From positions 1 through 64,000 of the forward strand of contig JBPCLO010000020.1 of assembly GCA_051003155.1 (NCBI GenBank): a DNA stretch of 64,000 nt, read 5' to 3'. The stretch is from Fimbriimonadales bacterium (GTDB lineage Bacteria; Armatimonadota; Fimbriimonadia; Fimbriimonadales; ATM1). The notes beneath the pieces are model-generated. The model had not been told where the DNA came from. It did not search any database and saw only the letters and a program-made list of their open reading frames with translations. Shown piece by piece: positions 38,481-47,550 of the stretch. Every line of letters begins with the position of its first letter. The first letter of the stretch is position 1. The translations under genes were made by a program, and so were the position numbers.

Positions 38481-39164
38481 TCACTTGTACGAAACTCGAA
38501 CGACAACCTGCTTGAGTTCGCCGTTTATGCGGCGTCGAGCAAGGATGCATTGCACCGTAAGGCCGTTGTCGAGCGCCGCACAGATGCTATCGCAGTGCAC
38601 CCGCTTTATGTGTGCAAGCTGATGCCCTTCGTGCAGCACTCGCACGGCATGGCAATCCTTCTCGTTAGCGGGGTTTGGTGACAGGCCCAAATGGGTGCCC
38701 TCAGGCAATGACCGAAAAGTCTCGGAAGCAACGTAGTTCTGCAGCCCTGCCAAGTCGGAATAGAACACTGCACCGCTCTCGGGCAGGATGGCAGGGATAA
38801 ACTCGAACATATCCGTGGGCAAGGAGCCGCAGGTCATTCCAAGGAGTTGGAAGTCGTCCATATTGGGCGTTGCTCCCCAGGCGCCTATCAGCTTATCATA
38901 ATCGGAGCGTTCCCGGCTGGGCAGCCGGGCCGCAAATGCCGACATCGCCTGACCATTGAAAGACTTGTTAAAGATCTCAAAGCCGGGGTATCCGCGGAAT
39001 CCGGCATTCTTCGCTTCCTCTAAGTCTGGCCCGTCGTACCTAAAGGCGTACCCGTCCTGGCCGCGCGCGAGGGTTCCCACGACCAATCGCGAGGTATGCG
39101 GCCGCGGCCTCCAGACGAGCTTGATCTCGTTGAAGCGAGTGCGGGGCGGCGCTGTCGTGCTCAT
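38481..39164 (-). CDS. HipA-N-terminal-like + HIRAN domain protein
   Basis: VVGTL..YAFRY..GYPGF..FAARLP..R.DY; C-terminal PNPANEKDCHAVRV..LAHIK; ATGA-coupled to the kinase. Confidence 0.75.
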   Translation of the reverse strand: MSTTAPPRTRFNEIKLVWRPRPHTSRLVVGTLARGQDGYAFRYDGPDLEEAKNAGFRGYPGFEIFNKSFNGQAMSAFAARLPSRERSDYDKLIGAWGATPNMDDFQLLGMTCGSLPTDMFEFIPAILPESGAVFYSDLAGLQNYVASETFRSLPEGTHLGLSPNPANEKDCHAVRVLHEGHQLAHIKRVHCDSICAALDNGLTVQCILARRRINGELKQVVVRVSYK

Positions 39165-40129
39165 TCCTCTTTAGTCATTAGACGAAGCAAGCGCTCGCGA
39201 CGGCGTTTGAGCAGGAGGACAATCAACTCCTCCCGGTTCGCCGAGATATCAACCCCGGGGCAGGACCTCGATAGGGCGCATATGCGACGAACGGCCCTTT
39301 CTACCACCGGCATCAAGAATCCGAGGATATCGGCAGCAATCAGCCGGCTCATGTCGAACCTGCGCAGGTGTCGGCGTAGTAACTCTTCGTGCGTGACTTG
39401 CAACAGGTTACCATCCTCTTCCCAGCGGATGTGTGCCCGGCCGCGGTCGATATAGCGTTCAATCCTCCACGGCTCGGCCAGCATAAGCTCAATCTTTGGG
39501 TCCAGCAACTCACGGCCAAGGCTACTACCGTTGTCGAAGGCCGGGGCCGGCCTCCGAACGAATCGAAGCTCCTCGTCCGCAGATGGCACTACAACTAGGC
39601 CCCAGTTGTCTTGGTGGCGGTCCGAGTTGCCGATGAGGGCGTCGAGGAGCAAGTGGTGGAACAGGTGCGTATAGACCACGTCGTCCAGTTTCCACCGGCG
39701 CAGGGCGCTAAGGACGAGTTGCACGCTGTGGTCGGAGCCCCGGTCACGTTCGTAGTCGGGCTTAACTCCCATGAGAATATCGCCGCCGTGATCAAGGACC
39801 TCGTTCTCCTTCAGATTGACAAAGTTCCACATTAGCGCGCCGTACTCGCCCTTGAACCTGGCCGGGAAAGCGTACGGGACTTCAACCTCAAGGCACTCGC
39901 CGATATGGTATGCCATCACCTCGGACCAGAACTCCAACGGGTATTCCACCTTCGAAGTCTTCCAAATCCAGCGCCTCTTGCCGCGAACGGGCGCGGCCTG
40001 TGGGGTCAGGGCCGAGGCAGTGAACTTCCGCCGGTTGCCCTTGGTCACCTGCTCTTCATCTAGGTACCAGTCTTCTCCGAGTTCGATTAGGCGGCAGCGG
40101 CGAATGAGCGTGGATTCGGCTGCCGGCAT
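39161..40129 (-). CDS. HipA/CtkA-like kinase
   Basis: GNRRK, WK, EFWSE, DALIGNSDRHQDNWG and PAFDNGSSLG; likely start MPAAES just after the hsdS stop. Confidence 0.85.
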   Translation of the reverse strand: MPAAESTLIRRCRLIELGEDWYLDEEQVTKGNRRKFTASALTPQAAPVRGKRRWIWKTSKVEYPLEFWSEVMAYHIGECLEVEVPYAFPARFKGEYGALMWNFVNLKENEVLDHGGDILMGVKPDYERDRGSDHSVQLVLSALRRWKLDDVVYTHLFHHLLLDALIGNSDRHQDNWGLVVVPSADEELRFVRRPAPAFDNGSSLGRELLDPKIELMLAEPWRIERYIDRGRAHIRWEEDGNLLQVTHEELLRRHLRRFDMSRLIAADILGFLMPVVERAVRRICALSRSCPGVDISANREELIVLLLKRRRERLLRLMTKEE

Positions 40130-40163
40130 TACCCGCCGGCTCCAGTCAAGACCATGGCTCGAG

Positions 40164-41720
40164 TCAGAGCTCGCCTCGAAAAGCGGATTGGAGGGTGGAT
40201 TGCTCGAGGCGGCGGAGGTATTCGGTGGCGGTGGCGGCGGAAGCTTCAGCGGAGTCGGCCTCCGCGAACGCCTCTTCGATTCGACGGACGATCTCGCGCT
40301 GCTCGGCAATTGGAGCCAGGGGAACGGGCATCCGCCGAATGTTCTCCAGATTCAGCCGAGTCCTACCGACGCCATGCACCTGGGCGATAGCCCATGATCG
40401 GGTTTGATCGCTGTTTATTGCGAAGCAAACGTATGCGCTGCAAACCATAGCGGCGTTAGGCTTCAAGCGGATACAGTCTGCCTTTACAATGGCCAGCCCG
40501 ACTGGCGGAATGAGGCAGGCTCGGGGAAGAGGGTCCCCAAGCGCCCCGATCACTATATCCCCCGCGAAAACCTCGTGTCTCCTGAGCGTCTCGAAATGCT
40601 GATCGGAGATATGTGAGTGCACATCGTTGAACACTCCATCGCCGATGTTCTGCAGCCGAATTACGCGAGGACCGTTCTCGACGTAGTGCTCCGTCTTCAG
40701 GTTCGACCCGAAAGGGCCGTCGGTTATCGCCCTTGGCTCAAGGGCCGCCAGCGCCGACGCCTTCGCCCACGTCCATGATTCGGGCAGGTCCTCCAGGTCG
40801 CCGTCGTACAATTGCCCCAGGGTCCCGGTGCCGTGGAAGTGAACCAGGAGCCGGTCGCCCGGGATGTATTCGAGGACGTCCGAAGCGGTCGGGGAGTTGG
40901 GGGGTGTAGAGGCGGTGAGTTTGTCGCAGGCTTCGGCGGCGGCTTGGATTTTGGGGGCGTTTTGGTCTCGCCATTCTGCCGTGAGGTGGCCTCGGAAGGC
41001 GGCGGCGAGGACGGCCCGACGAAAGCGCTTCACGTTCCCCGGCACCCTTGCGAGCGCCTCCCGCGCCTCCCGAATCTCCCCCAAAACCCCCTTCAAAACC
41101 CCCACAATCCGCCTCTGCTCCTCCAGCGGGGGCAAAGGGATTTCGGTATGCTCAAGGAAGGATGTCGGTACGCGGCGCTGCCCGGCAGTTCCGCTGAAGT
41201 TATCCCGGGCCATGTCGCGGAACCACTGCTGGCGAACGAAGTAGTAGATCCATTCAGGCATGATTTCCGGGCCAGGTCGGAAGACATGGAATTCGGTCGA
41301 ACCAAATCCGATTCCACCAGCAAGGTCTGAGGCTACGGCAGCCTTGCCGTTTTCCATACAGGGCGTTATCTTCGCGAAGAGAACGTCGCCGTTCTGGAAG
41401 CGGGTGTAACCCCTCTTGAGCCCCCGCGCGGCCCGAATCTCGGCCTGGGTGATTTGGCCGAGTTCCGCATCGACCGCTGCCATGGGGACGAACGTCACCA
41501 GTTCTTCGTCGGCGGGAACGCGGTCGGTGGAACGTGGGTTGAAATTGCATACCTCAGCGAGCGTGGTGACGACCCACCCATCAGCCGGGTCTACTTGCTG
41601 CCTCTCCTCGACCGCATCCACGATCGAGAGTTTACTGGCTTTAGCAGGCGTGTCGTAGAGGGATTGCCGCCCCGGCTCGCCGGAGCCGGGCCGTTTGGTT
41701 ATCGGACGAACGGCTTGCAA
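40164..41720 (-). CDS. hsdS: Type I R-M specificity subunit
   Basis: Two TRDs with IPLPPLEEQRRIV and VPLAPIAEQREIV; AFRG(E/H)L repeats. Confidence 0.92.
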   Translation of the reverse strand: MQAVRPITKRPGSGEPGRQSLYDTPAKASKLSIVDAVEERQQVDPADGWVVTTLAEVCNFNPRSTDRVPADEELVTFVPMAAVDAELGQITQAEIRAARGLKRGYTRFQNGDVLFAKITPCMENGKAAVASDLAGGIGFGSTEFHVFRPGPEIMPEWIYYFVRQQWFRDMARDNFSGTAGQRRVPTSFLEHTEIPLPPLEEQRRIVGVLKGVLGEIREAREALARVPGNVKRFRRAVLAAAFRGHLTAEWRDQNAPKIQAAAEACDKLTASTPPNSPTASDVLEYIPGDRLLVHFHGTGTLGQLYDGDLEDLPESWTWAKASALAALEPRAITDGPFGSNLKTEHYVENGPRVIRLQNIGDGVFNDVHSHISDQHFETLRRHEVFAGDIVIGALGDPLPRACLIPPVGLAIVKADCIRLKPNAAMVCSAYVCFAINSDQTRSWAIAQVHGVGRTRLNLENIRRMPVPLAPIAEQREIVRRIEEAFAEADSAEASAATATEYLRRLEQSTLQSAFRGEL

Positions 41721-42193
41721 GCAGCCTGCGGCTACCTGCCCTTCTTCTTGTCCGAGACTTCACGGTCTGCCGAACGGTTGTCTTGGGCGACTTGTCCGCC
41801 ATCTTTGGTGGGACGAACCGCCCGGTTCCACAGTCGCGATTGACCTTCTTCGATGCCATGGCCTCTGGCCACCTCCTTGTGAGAGTCAGCCAAGCCGACG
41901 GTTAACCGAATCAATTGGCTGTCCGATACCGTCCTCAAATTGACGGTAAGAGGGAGCCCAGATGGATCGATCGGGCGGCGTGTGCCGCCGACAATGGCTG
42001 CTACGTGCTGAGACGGGCAGGGCTCCCCATTCGATGCGTTCCGCGGAAGCCGTTTTTGGCACTCTGTGGCCTACAGTGCTACTTTTTTGGTGGCTAGGTG
42101 TAGTATGGTTTGGTGGGTTAGGTGTTGTAAAGATTGTGGATAACTTTGTCATGACGCGCATAATGACTCTTGGAATGAAGTCACGACGCACCT

Positions 42194-42880
42194 ATGCAAA
42201 GTCTCGAATTTGACAAACTACCCCTGATCGAAGCGACCTGCAACCTCGTGTATGCCGAACCGAGGGAACTGTCGCTGGATATGCTCTGCGAGCTTCGGCA
42301 GGCCCTGCGCCCCATGAGCCTGGAGCCGCACCAGTTCACGAGTTCGTTGGCGGGATCGCCGGTTCCATTCGCCTTCATGGTCGGCGTGACACCCGGTTCT
42401 ACGTTTGGGAGCGAGAGCGGACTGACACTTACTGCTGGGACGGGTGCCCTTTCGGCCTCGTGGCGCCGGGGGTCCGAGACCGCCAAGTACGTCCGCTATG
42501 CGACACTGCGAGAAGCTCTCACCAAAGCGGCGGGCGTCATCAATCCGGCCGTTGGGATAGTAAACATGGCGTACGTGAACCTGGCGGGGGTGGCTGGAGC
42601 GCTTCCAAGGGATCTCCTCGATGCCGCCCTTTGGCCACCAATTGCCTTCGATGCGGTAAAGGATTACAACGTTGCTTGGGACCTGCCGAGCGGAATAGAG
42701 TTCCGATTGCAGGTTACGCCGCAGGAGGCAAATTTCCTCATTACGACCGCTGCCGGGATTAGAATTGCGGACAATTGGGGGGACGAACTGGAGCGTATAC
42801 ACGCCGCGCTGCAGGAGACGTTCGACCGTATCATTACTGATCGTGCTAAGGAGGTTTGGCAATGGCGCAGGACGTCATGA
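42194..42880 (+). CDS. TIGR04255-family-like protein
   Basis: FDKLPLIEA.., YVRY..L, NMAYVN and IHAALQETFDRIITD..W match my recollection of the family pattern. Confidence 0.65.
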   Translation: MQSLEFDKLPLIEATCNLVYAEPRELSLDMLCELRQALRPMSLEPHQFTSSLAGSPVPFAFMVGVTPGSTFGSESGLTLTAGTGALSASWRRGSETAKYVRYATLREALTKAAGVINPAVGIVNMAYVNLAGVAGALPRDLLDAALWPPIAFDAVKDYNVAWDLPSGIEFRLQVTPQEANFLITTAAGIRIADNWGDELERIHAALQETFDRIITDRAKEVWQWRRTS

Positions 42881-43311
42881 CACCAGCACTGACGGAGATG
42901 CCCCCGATCACGAGAGAGGTTGGGACACAATCCGGGCCTACCACGGCGTACCTTTCCAACCCGACGGACGCATACGGTTTTTCGCTGCTTATGGATAAGT
43001 TTGAACGGTTTTTGAAGGATGCCGAAGGTGACGCTCGTGACGATGCGGACCCTATTCCGTCTGAAAGGGCGATAGCTTTTGCGCGCAAGACGGCTGGGTT
43101 CGTCATTGCGAATGCGGTGCGCGTGGCTTCAGCGCACCGGCACAAGCCGCCTTCGATTGGCGCGACGTTCACGCGGCGCGGCGAGGTGGAAGTTACCGTT
43201 CAGCTCTTCCCGGAGGACTTATCGCTGTACTACTGGGTGTCGGCCGACGGCAACACTGTCCGGGCGGTTACCGTTGATAGAGACCTGAAGTCGGAGAAGG
43301 TTTTGGGATAG
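42862..43311 (+). CDS. Hypothetical protein (candidate antitoxin)
   Basis: AGGAGG RBS; overlaps the upstream gene; low-complexity N-terminus; DADPIPSERAI..PSI..GEV.V. Confidence 0.65.
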   Translation: MAQDVMTPALTEMPPITREVGTQSGPTTAYLSNPTDAYGFSLLMDKFERFLKDAEGDARDDADPIPSERAIAFARKTAGFVIANAVRVASAHRHKPPSIGATFTRRGEVEVTVQLFPEDLSLYYWVSADGNTVRAVTVDRDLKSEKVLG

Positions 43312-43317
43312 CTCGGC

Positions 43318-43701
43318 GTGGCCCGGTACATGCGGCGGTTCAGGGGCACGACCAGGGTCACCGAGGAAGTAGTGCAACCTGCGGTCTTCGAAGCAGAGGC
43401 GAGCGTTTCCGTTTACGTAATTCCGGACAATTGGGGCGATGTGGAGGTTGACGCTTTCCAGCAGGATTGGAAGCTGGACTCCGGCGCTTTGCAAGGACTG
43501 CTGGAGGTGACGGATGATGACCTGGCCGCCGCGGGCATTAGCCCGCCCGTAAAGACCGACTCGTCCGGAGACAGGTGGAACCACCTGCATTACGACATTC
43601 CCGCTCTCGATGACGAGGAGCGGGCGCGATTGGCAAAGGCGGTGACTCGCCGCCTGCCTGCATGCCTTCTTAGGCCATACGTCAAGCCGCCAAGACAGTA
43701 G
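43318..43701 (+). CDS. Small protein with an ADP-ribosyltransferase-like motif pattern
   Basis: YMRR ... PAVF ... SVSV ... HYDI spacing. Confidence 0.55.
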   Translation: MARYMRRFRGTTRVTEEVVQPAVFEAEASVSVYVIPDNWGDVEVDAFQQDWKLDSGALQGLLEVTDDDLAAAGISPPVKTDSSGDRWNHLHYDIPALDDEERARLAKAVTRRLPACLLRPYVKPPRQ

Positions 43702-43718
43702 AGTCTTTCGCGAGGTGC

Positions 43719-46460
43719 TTACGCCGCAATCTGTTCGTTAATTGCGTGGACGAGGGCGGCTAATTTGCCGCCGAATTCGGCGTCTATGCGCCTTCGTGTA
43801 GCGCCTCTGGCAGCAAATTCGGGGAGGTCGAAGTCGCCCGCCCCGATGAGCAGGCTCGAGTGCAGATGTTGGCGGATTAGCTCGATCCATTTCTCCTGCT
43901 CGGTCGTCAAGCCGGCGGGAGGATTACTGTCGGCCACTTTGGACTTTGGTAGCTCGCCAGTTGCGAGGGGCTGGCCCGGCGCGAGAACCGAGAAGTCGCG
44001 GAGGCGAGATTTTACAACCTCAATGGCGCGGTCTACGCGCTCGGTCTGGTTAAGGATGGGTTCGCCGGTGGCGGCGTGTTTCACGAGCGAGATAATGTCG
44101 GCAAGAGGGCGTCCATAGGCACGCCGCAGCTTGTCTTCGGTGAAGTTGCCCTCGGCGGTTCGTAACTTCCGCCGCAATTCCTCCAGCACGGCGAGCGAGA
44201 ACTCGCGCGGACGATGTAGCAGGATGTCGAGCTCTGCGATCCGGTTGGCGTTCTCGCGGATAAACCGCTCGAATATGCTTATGTAATCCTCAGGTTTGTA
44301 GGCGCCGATCATCGGGTCCACGGTGACCGTATCTTCGCTATGCTGGTCGACAATGAACGTCCGCTGTGGGCGCGGGTAATTCTCGATGAAGTCCTGAAAT
44401 GCAGGGCTGCGAAGGAGCGCCATTGTTTCGCCCCAGTTGGATTCGAGCTTCGCCGATAACTCGGACGCGAACGATTCGATCTCTGGGCTGACACATGTGC
44501 AGTCGGTTACGATGTCGGAGAAGCGCTGTTTGCCCTCTCCCGTGGTAGCTTTCGCAACGCGTTGAATGCGCTTTGTAAGAACGCGAATGTTGTATCGCTT
44601 GTCCTTGTTTCGCCAGATGTCGCCGATGATGTCGGCGATTGTCCGCGTGGGCTTGGCAGGTGGTGTGTCGGTGAATGCGCTCGCGTCTTTGAAGTAGTCG
44701 AGGATGCCGAGGCAGTCTATCACCACGAAATGGTCCTTATTGATCTCTGAGCATGTTCGCGTGCCGCGGCCAAGGATCTGCTCGAAGAGAATGCGGCTCT
44801 TGATTGGGCGGACGAGGACAATAAACTCTAACGGGCGGATATCCACGCCGGTGCTGAGCAAGTCCACCGTGACAGCGACTTTGGGATCGGGGCGGTTGCG
44901 GAACGTCTTGATGAGACGCAGCGGGCGGTCGGAGTTACCCGTTATCTTCTGGACGGCGACATCCCCTTGATTGAGTTCCTCCCGCAACGTTTGCGTAAGT
45001 TGGTCTGCGTGGCTTGAGTGCGCGATGTCGTTCTCCGCGAAGAAGAGGGTCTTCGGGAAACGGCCCGTACGTTCTTCATGCGCTCTTGCGAGTTCGAGGT
45101 ATGCGCGGACGATTTTGCGGTTGCTGTCCACGCTGGTCCAGTTGTTTTCGATGTCTTGCGGAGCGAGTTCGCGCTCAGCTTCGAGCGTGTCGAAAATCCT
45201 ATCTCCGGTCGAGGAGTCCAACAATTGCACCTCGTCACCCTCGTGAAGGAAGAGGCCTTTTTGCCTGAATTCGGATTCGATCCTATAGGCGTCGTAGTCT
45301 GAGAGATATCCTTCTGCGACGGCTTGCTCGTAGGTGTAACGAAAGACTACGTGATTGAAGTACGCCGTCGTATGCGACGCGGGGGTTGCAGTAAGTCCTA
45401 TTTGAATGCCGTCGAAGTGTTGCAGCACTTCGCGCCACTTCGAATCCTCACTGGACGTATATCCGCGATGGCACTCGTCTGCAACTATGAGGTCGAATGC
45501 GTGAATGGGGATCTCGAGAGTCGGCGCGTCCTCCTCGCTTTCAGTGTCGCTCCCGTAGAAACCTTCGGGCCTGCCGAAGAGATTGATGCGCATGCGCTGG
45601 ATTGTGGAGACGTAAACGAACGCCTCTTTACCGTCAGGATTGGTTAGGTACTCATTGGGTAGGACTTTCGGGTCGAAGTTGTCTTCCTCGTCGATGTCCC
45701 CGGTTTGGAAACGCTGGCCGTAGACTTCGTATTCGTCGCTAAAGCGCCGGTTGTAGGGCGTCTGATAGCTGGAGAATTCTTGCATTGCTTGGGCAGCGAG
45801 AGCACGCCTATCCACGAGGAACAGAACCCGCTTTGCAAGGCCGCAACGCATGAGGTGATAGATGAGGGCGACAGTGGTGCGCGTCTTGCCGGTTCCGGTC
45901 GCCATAGCGACGAGCATCTTGCGCCGTCGCTCCCGAATGGCGTCCTCTACGGACTGGACCGCCTCGACTTGGTATGGGCGAAGCGTAACGTCTTCTACAG
46001 GCGTTTCTTGCAGCGACCGGAAGAGCGAATCGGCGTCCTTCGCCAGTAGCTCGAGAAGGGCGTTCGGTGTATGGAAGTCTTGGACTTCGCGCGAGAGATT
46101 GAGAGGGTCTCGGAGGTCCTGAAAGAAGATTTGTTCGCCGTTAGTGGAGTAGCCGAAGGGAAGGGCGTACTCATCTTGGTAGACCTTTGCAGCATCGAAA
46201 CCGCGAGCGTAACGTTGCGCCTGCGTCAAGACGCCGTATGCGCCTCGGGTCACGCGCTTAGCTTCTACGGCTGCCAGACGTACGTTTTGTGCGTTGAGGA
46301 CGTAGTCTGCGGGGCCGTCGAGGGTCGGGTGCTCAGTAATGGCGACAGGGAGTCCGTTCGAAGTGGTGCCGTAAGGGACGACTGTCCACTTCGACCCATG
46401 GAGCCTTATATCGACTCGTCGTTTGCGTGTCTGGGCCTCGCCTTCAAATTCAAGATTCAT
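43719..46460 (-). CDS. hsdR: Type I restriction subunit
   Basis: ADY..VEAK nuclease motif, MATGTGKT, DECHR, LTATP, TGVD and QILGRGTR. Confidence 0.93.
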   Translation of the reverse strand: MNLEFEGEAQTRKRRVDIRLHGSKWTVVPYGTTSNGLPVAITEHPTLDGPADYVLNAQNVRLAAVEAKRVTRGAYGVLTQAQRYARGFDAAKVYQDEYALPFGYSTNGEQIFFQDLRDPLNLSREVQDFHTPNALLELLAKDADSLFRSLQETPVEDVTLRPYQVEAVQSVEDAIRERRRKMLVAMATGTGKTRTTVALIYHLMRCGLAKRVLFLVDRRALAAQAMQEFSSYQTPYNRRFSDEYEVYGQRFQTGDIDEEDNFDPKVLPNEYLTNPDGKEAFVYVSTIQRMRINLFGRPEGFYGSDTESEEDAPTLEIPIHAFDLIVADECHRGYTSSEDSKWREVLQHFDGIQIGLTATPASHTTAYFNHVVFRYTYEQAVAEGYLSDYDAYRIESEFRQKGLFLHEGDEVQLLDSSTGDRIFDTLEAERELAPQDIENNWTSVDSNRKIVRAYLELARAHEERTGRFPKTLFFAENDIAHSSHADQLTQTLREELNQGDVAVQKITGNSDRPLRLIKTFRNRPDPKVAVTVDLLSTGVDIRPLEFIVLVRPIKSRILFEQILGRGTRTCSEINKDHFVVIDCLGILDYFKDASAFTDTPPAKPTRTIADIIGDIWRNKDKRYNIRVLTKRIQRVAKATTGEGKQRFSDIVTDCTCVSPEIESFASELSAKLESNWGETMALLRSPAFQDFIENYPRPQRTFIVDQHSEDTVTVDPMIGAYKPEDYISIFERFIRENANRIAELDILLHRPREFSLAVLEELRRKLRTAEGNFTEDKLRRAYGRPLADIISLVKHAATGEPILNQTERVDRAIEVVKSRLRDFSVLAPGQPLATGELPKSKVADSNPPAGLTTEQEKWIELIRQHLHSSLLIGAGDFDLPEFAARGATRRRIDAEFGGKLAALVHAINEQIAA

Positions 46461-46593
46461 GAGTACAATTGATTACGCGTTGCCAATAGCCGTCCCGACT
46501 GTCAGGACCAATGCGACATCATCATTTACACGTAGCACCCGCATCCATCACCATGTTTGAGTACCCGAAACGAGCGAATCACTTCGGCTCTGA

Positions 46594-47208
46594 TTATGAC
46601 TCGGGATGTTCGGCCAAGACTTCACTCTGGAACTCATTGGCAATATGGAATAGGCTTTCGGAAACACGCAGCAAGTATGCTTCCCACTGCTGCCTCGCGG
46701 ATTCCGCTGTGCTCCATCGAGCATCAATCCAAAGCTCCAGTTGCCAGCCCGTGCGGTTGGTGCTATGCATCAGGAAAGGTTTGATGATGAAGTTCACCTG
46801 CATGGCTTGTTTTTGCTCAGGTTCGCTCGCCAGCCCCTTTGCCAGCCGCACAAACACATGAAACCAGTCTGAGTACTGGTGTCCAACTTGTTCGTGAGAA
46901 AAGATCAGCGCAAGGTATGAACCTTGCCTGAAAACCTGCTGCGTTCCGTCTCCGCTCCGCTCATCATCGGCTTTCCAAGCCTCGCAGCCAACACTCTCAA
47001 GAGCAGAATCCGTCCTGTTAAGCAACTCTAGCGCTTCCCTCAAGGCTGGCTCACGCTTTGGTTCAGGCAACTCATCGAGGGCACCTGGATGCTCCTTTAA
47101 GCTTACGTATGGATGAGAATTAGGATCATCAAAGCGGCTATATGGAATGCCGGTCGGGTCGAACTGACAGGCAAGGTAGATGAGCATGGTCTGCCTAGTT
47201 TCCCTCAA
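46594..47208 (-). CDS. Hypothetical protein
   Basis: 204-aa ORF upstream of hsdR. Confidence 0.55.
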   Translation of the reverse strand: MRETRQTMLIYLACQFDPTGIPYSRFDDPNSHPYVSLKEHPGALDELPEPKREPALREALELLNRTDSALESVGCEAWKADDERSGDGTQQVFRQGSYLALIFSHEQVGHQYSDWFHVFVRLAKGLASEPEQKQAMQVNFIIKPFLMHSTNRTGWQLELWIDARWSTAESARQQWEAYLLRVSESLFHIANEFQSEVLAEHPES

Positions 47209-47454
47209 CAGGTTTGCGAATCCTGTCAGCGTTCGTGTGCTTACTCCGTACCGCGTTCAGGCATTGAGCTGCCGATCAACCCGCGCGGGTCGGGCTTGTG
47301 CTTGACGCGTAGAATATGGCCCTCGATCCAAAGCCTATATAGCCATCCTTCTCTAACGTTCTGACCAGTTGCTCGGTGTCGCTCATAGCGCCTCCGATGG
47401 AAGCTATCGCTATGGGTGCGATATTCCCTCCAATTAGTCACCCGAGAAATCAAG

Positions 47455-47550
47455 TTTGCCAACCCCTTCGTAGCCCTCGTCGCTTTTAGGTTCAAAATCT
47501 GCCAAGGTTGCCAACTCTTCTTATTAGGCAATGTGGCAATCTTGGCGATC
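47455..47550. repeat. Iteron-like TGCCAA / TGGCAA cluster (candidate replication origin)
   Basis: TGCCAA at 47,457, 47,500 and 47,509; inverted GGC(A/G)AT at 47,527, 47,535 and 47,544; AT-rich centre; at the 3' end of the primase-helicase. Confidence 0.45.

Noticed and set aside
40130..40309. Poly-proline N-terminal extension of the kinase
   Set aside because: It overlaps the hsdS 3' end in another frame; the start at 40,129 is more plausible
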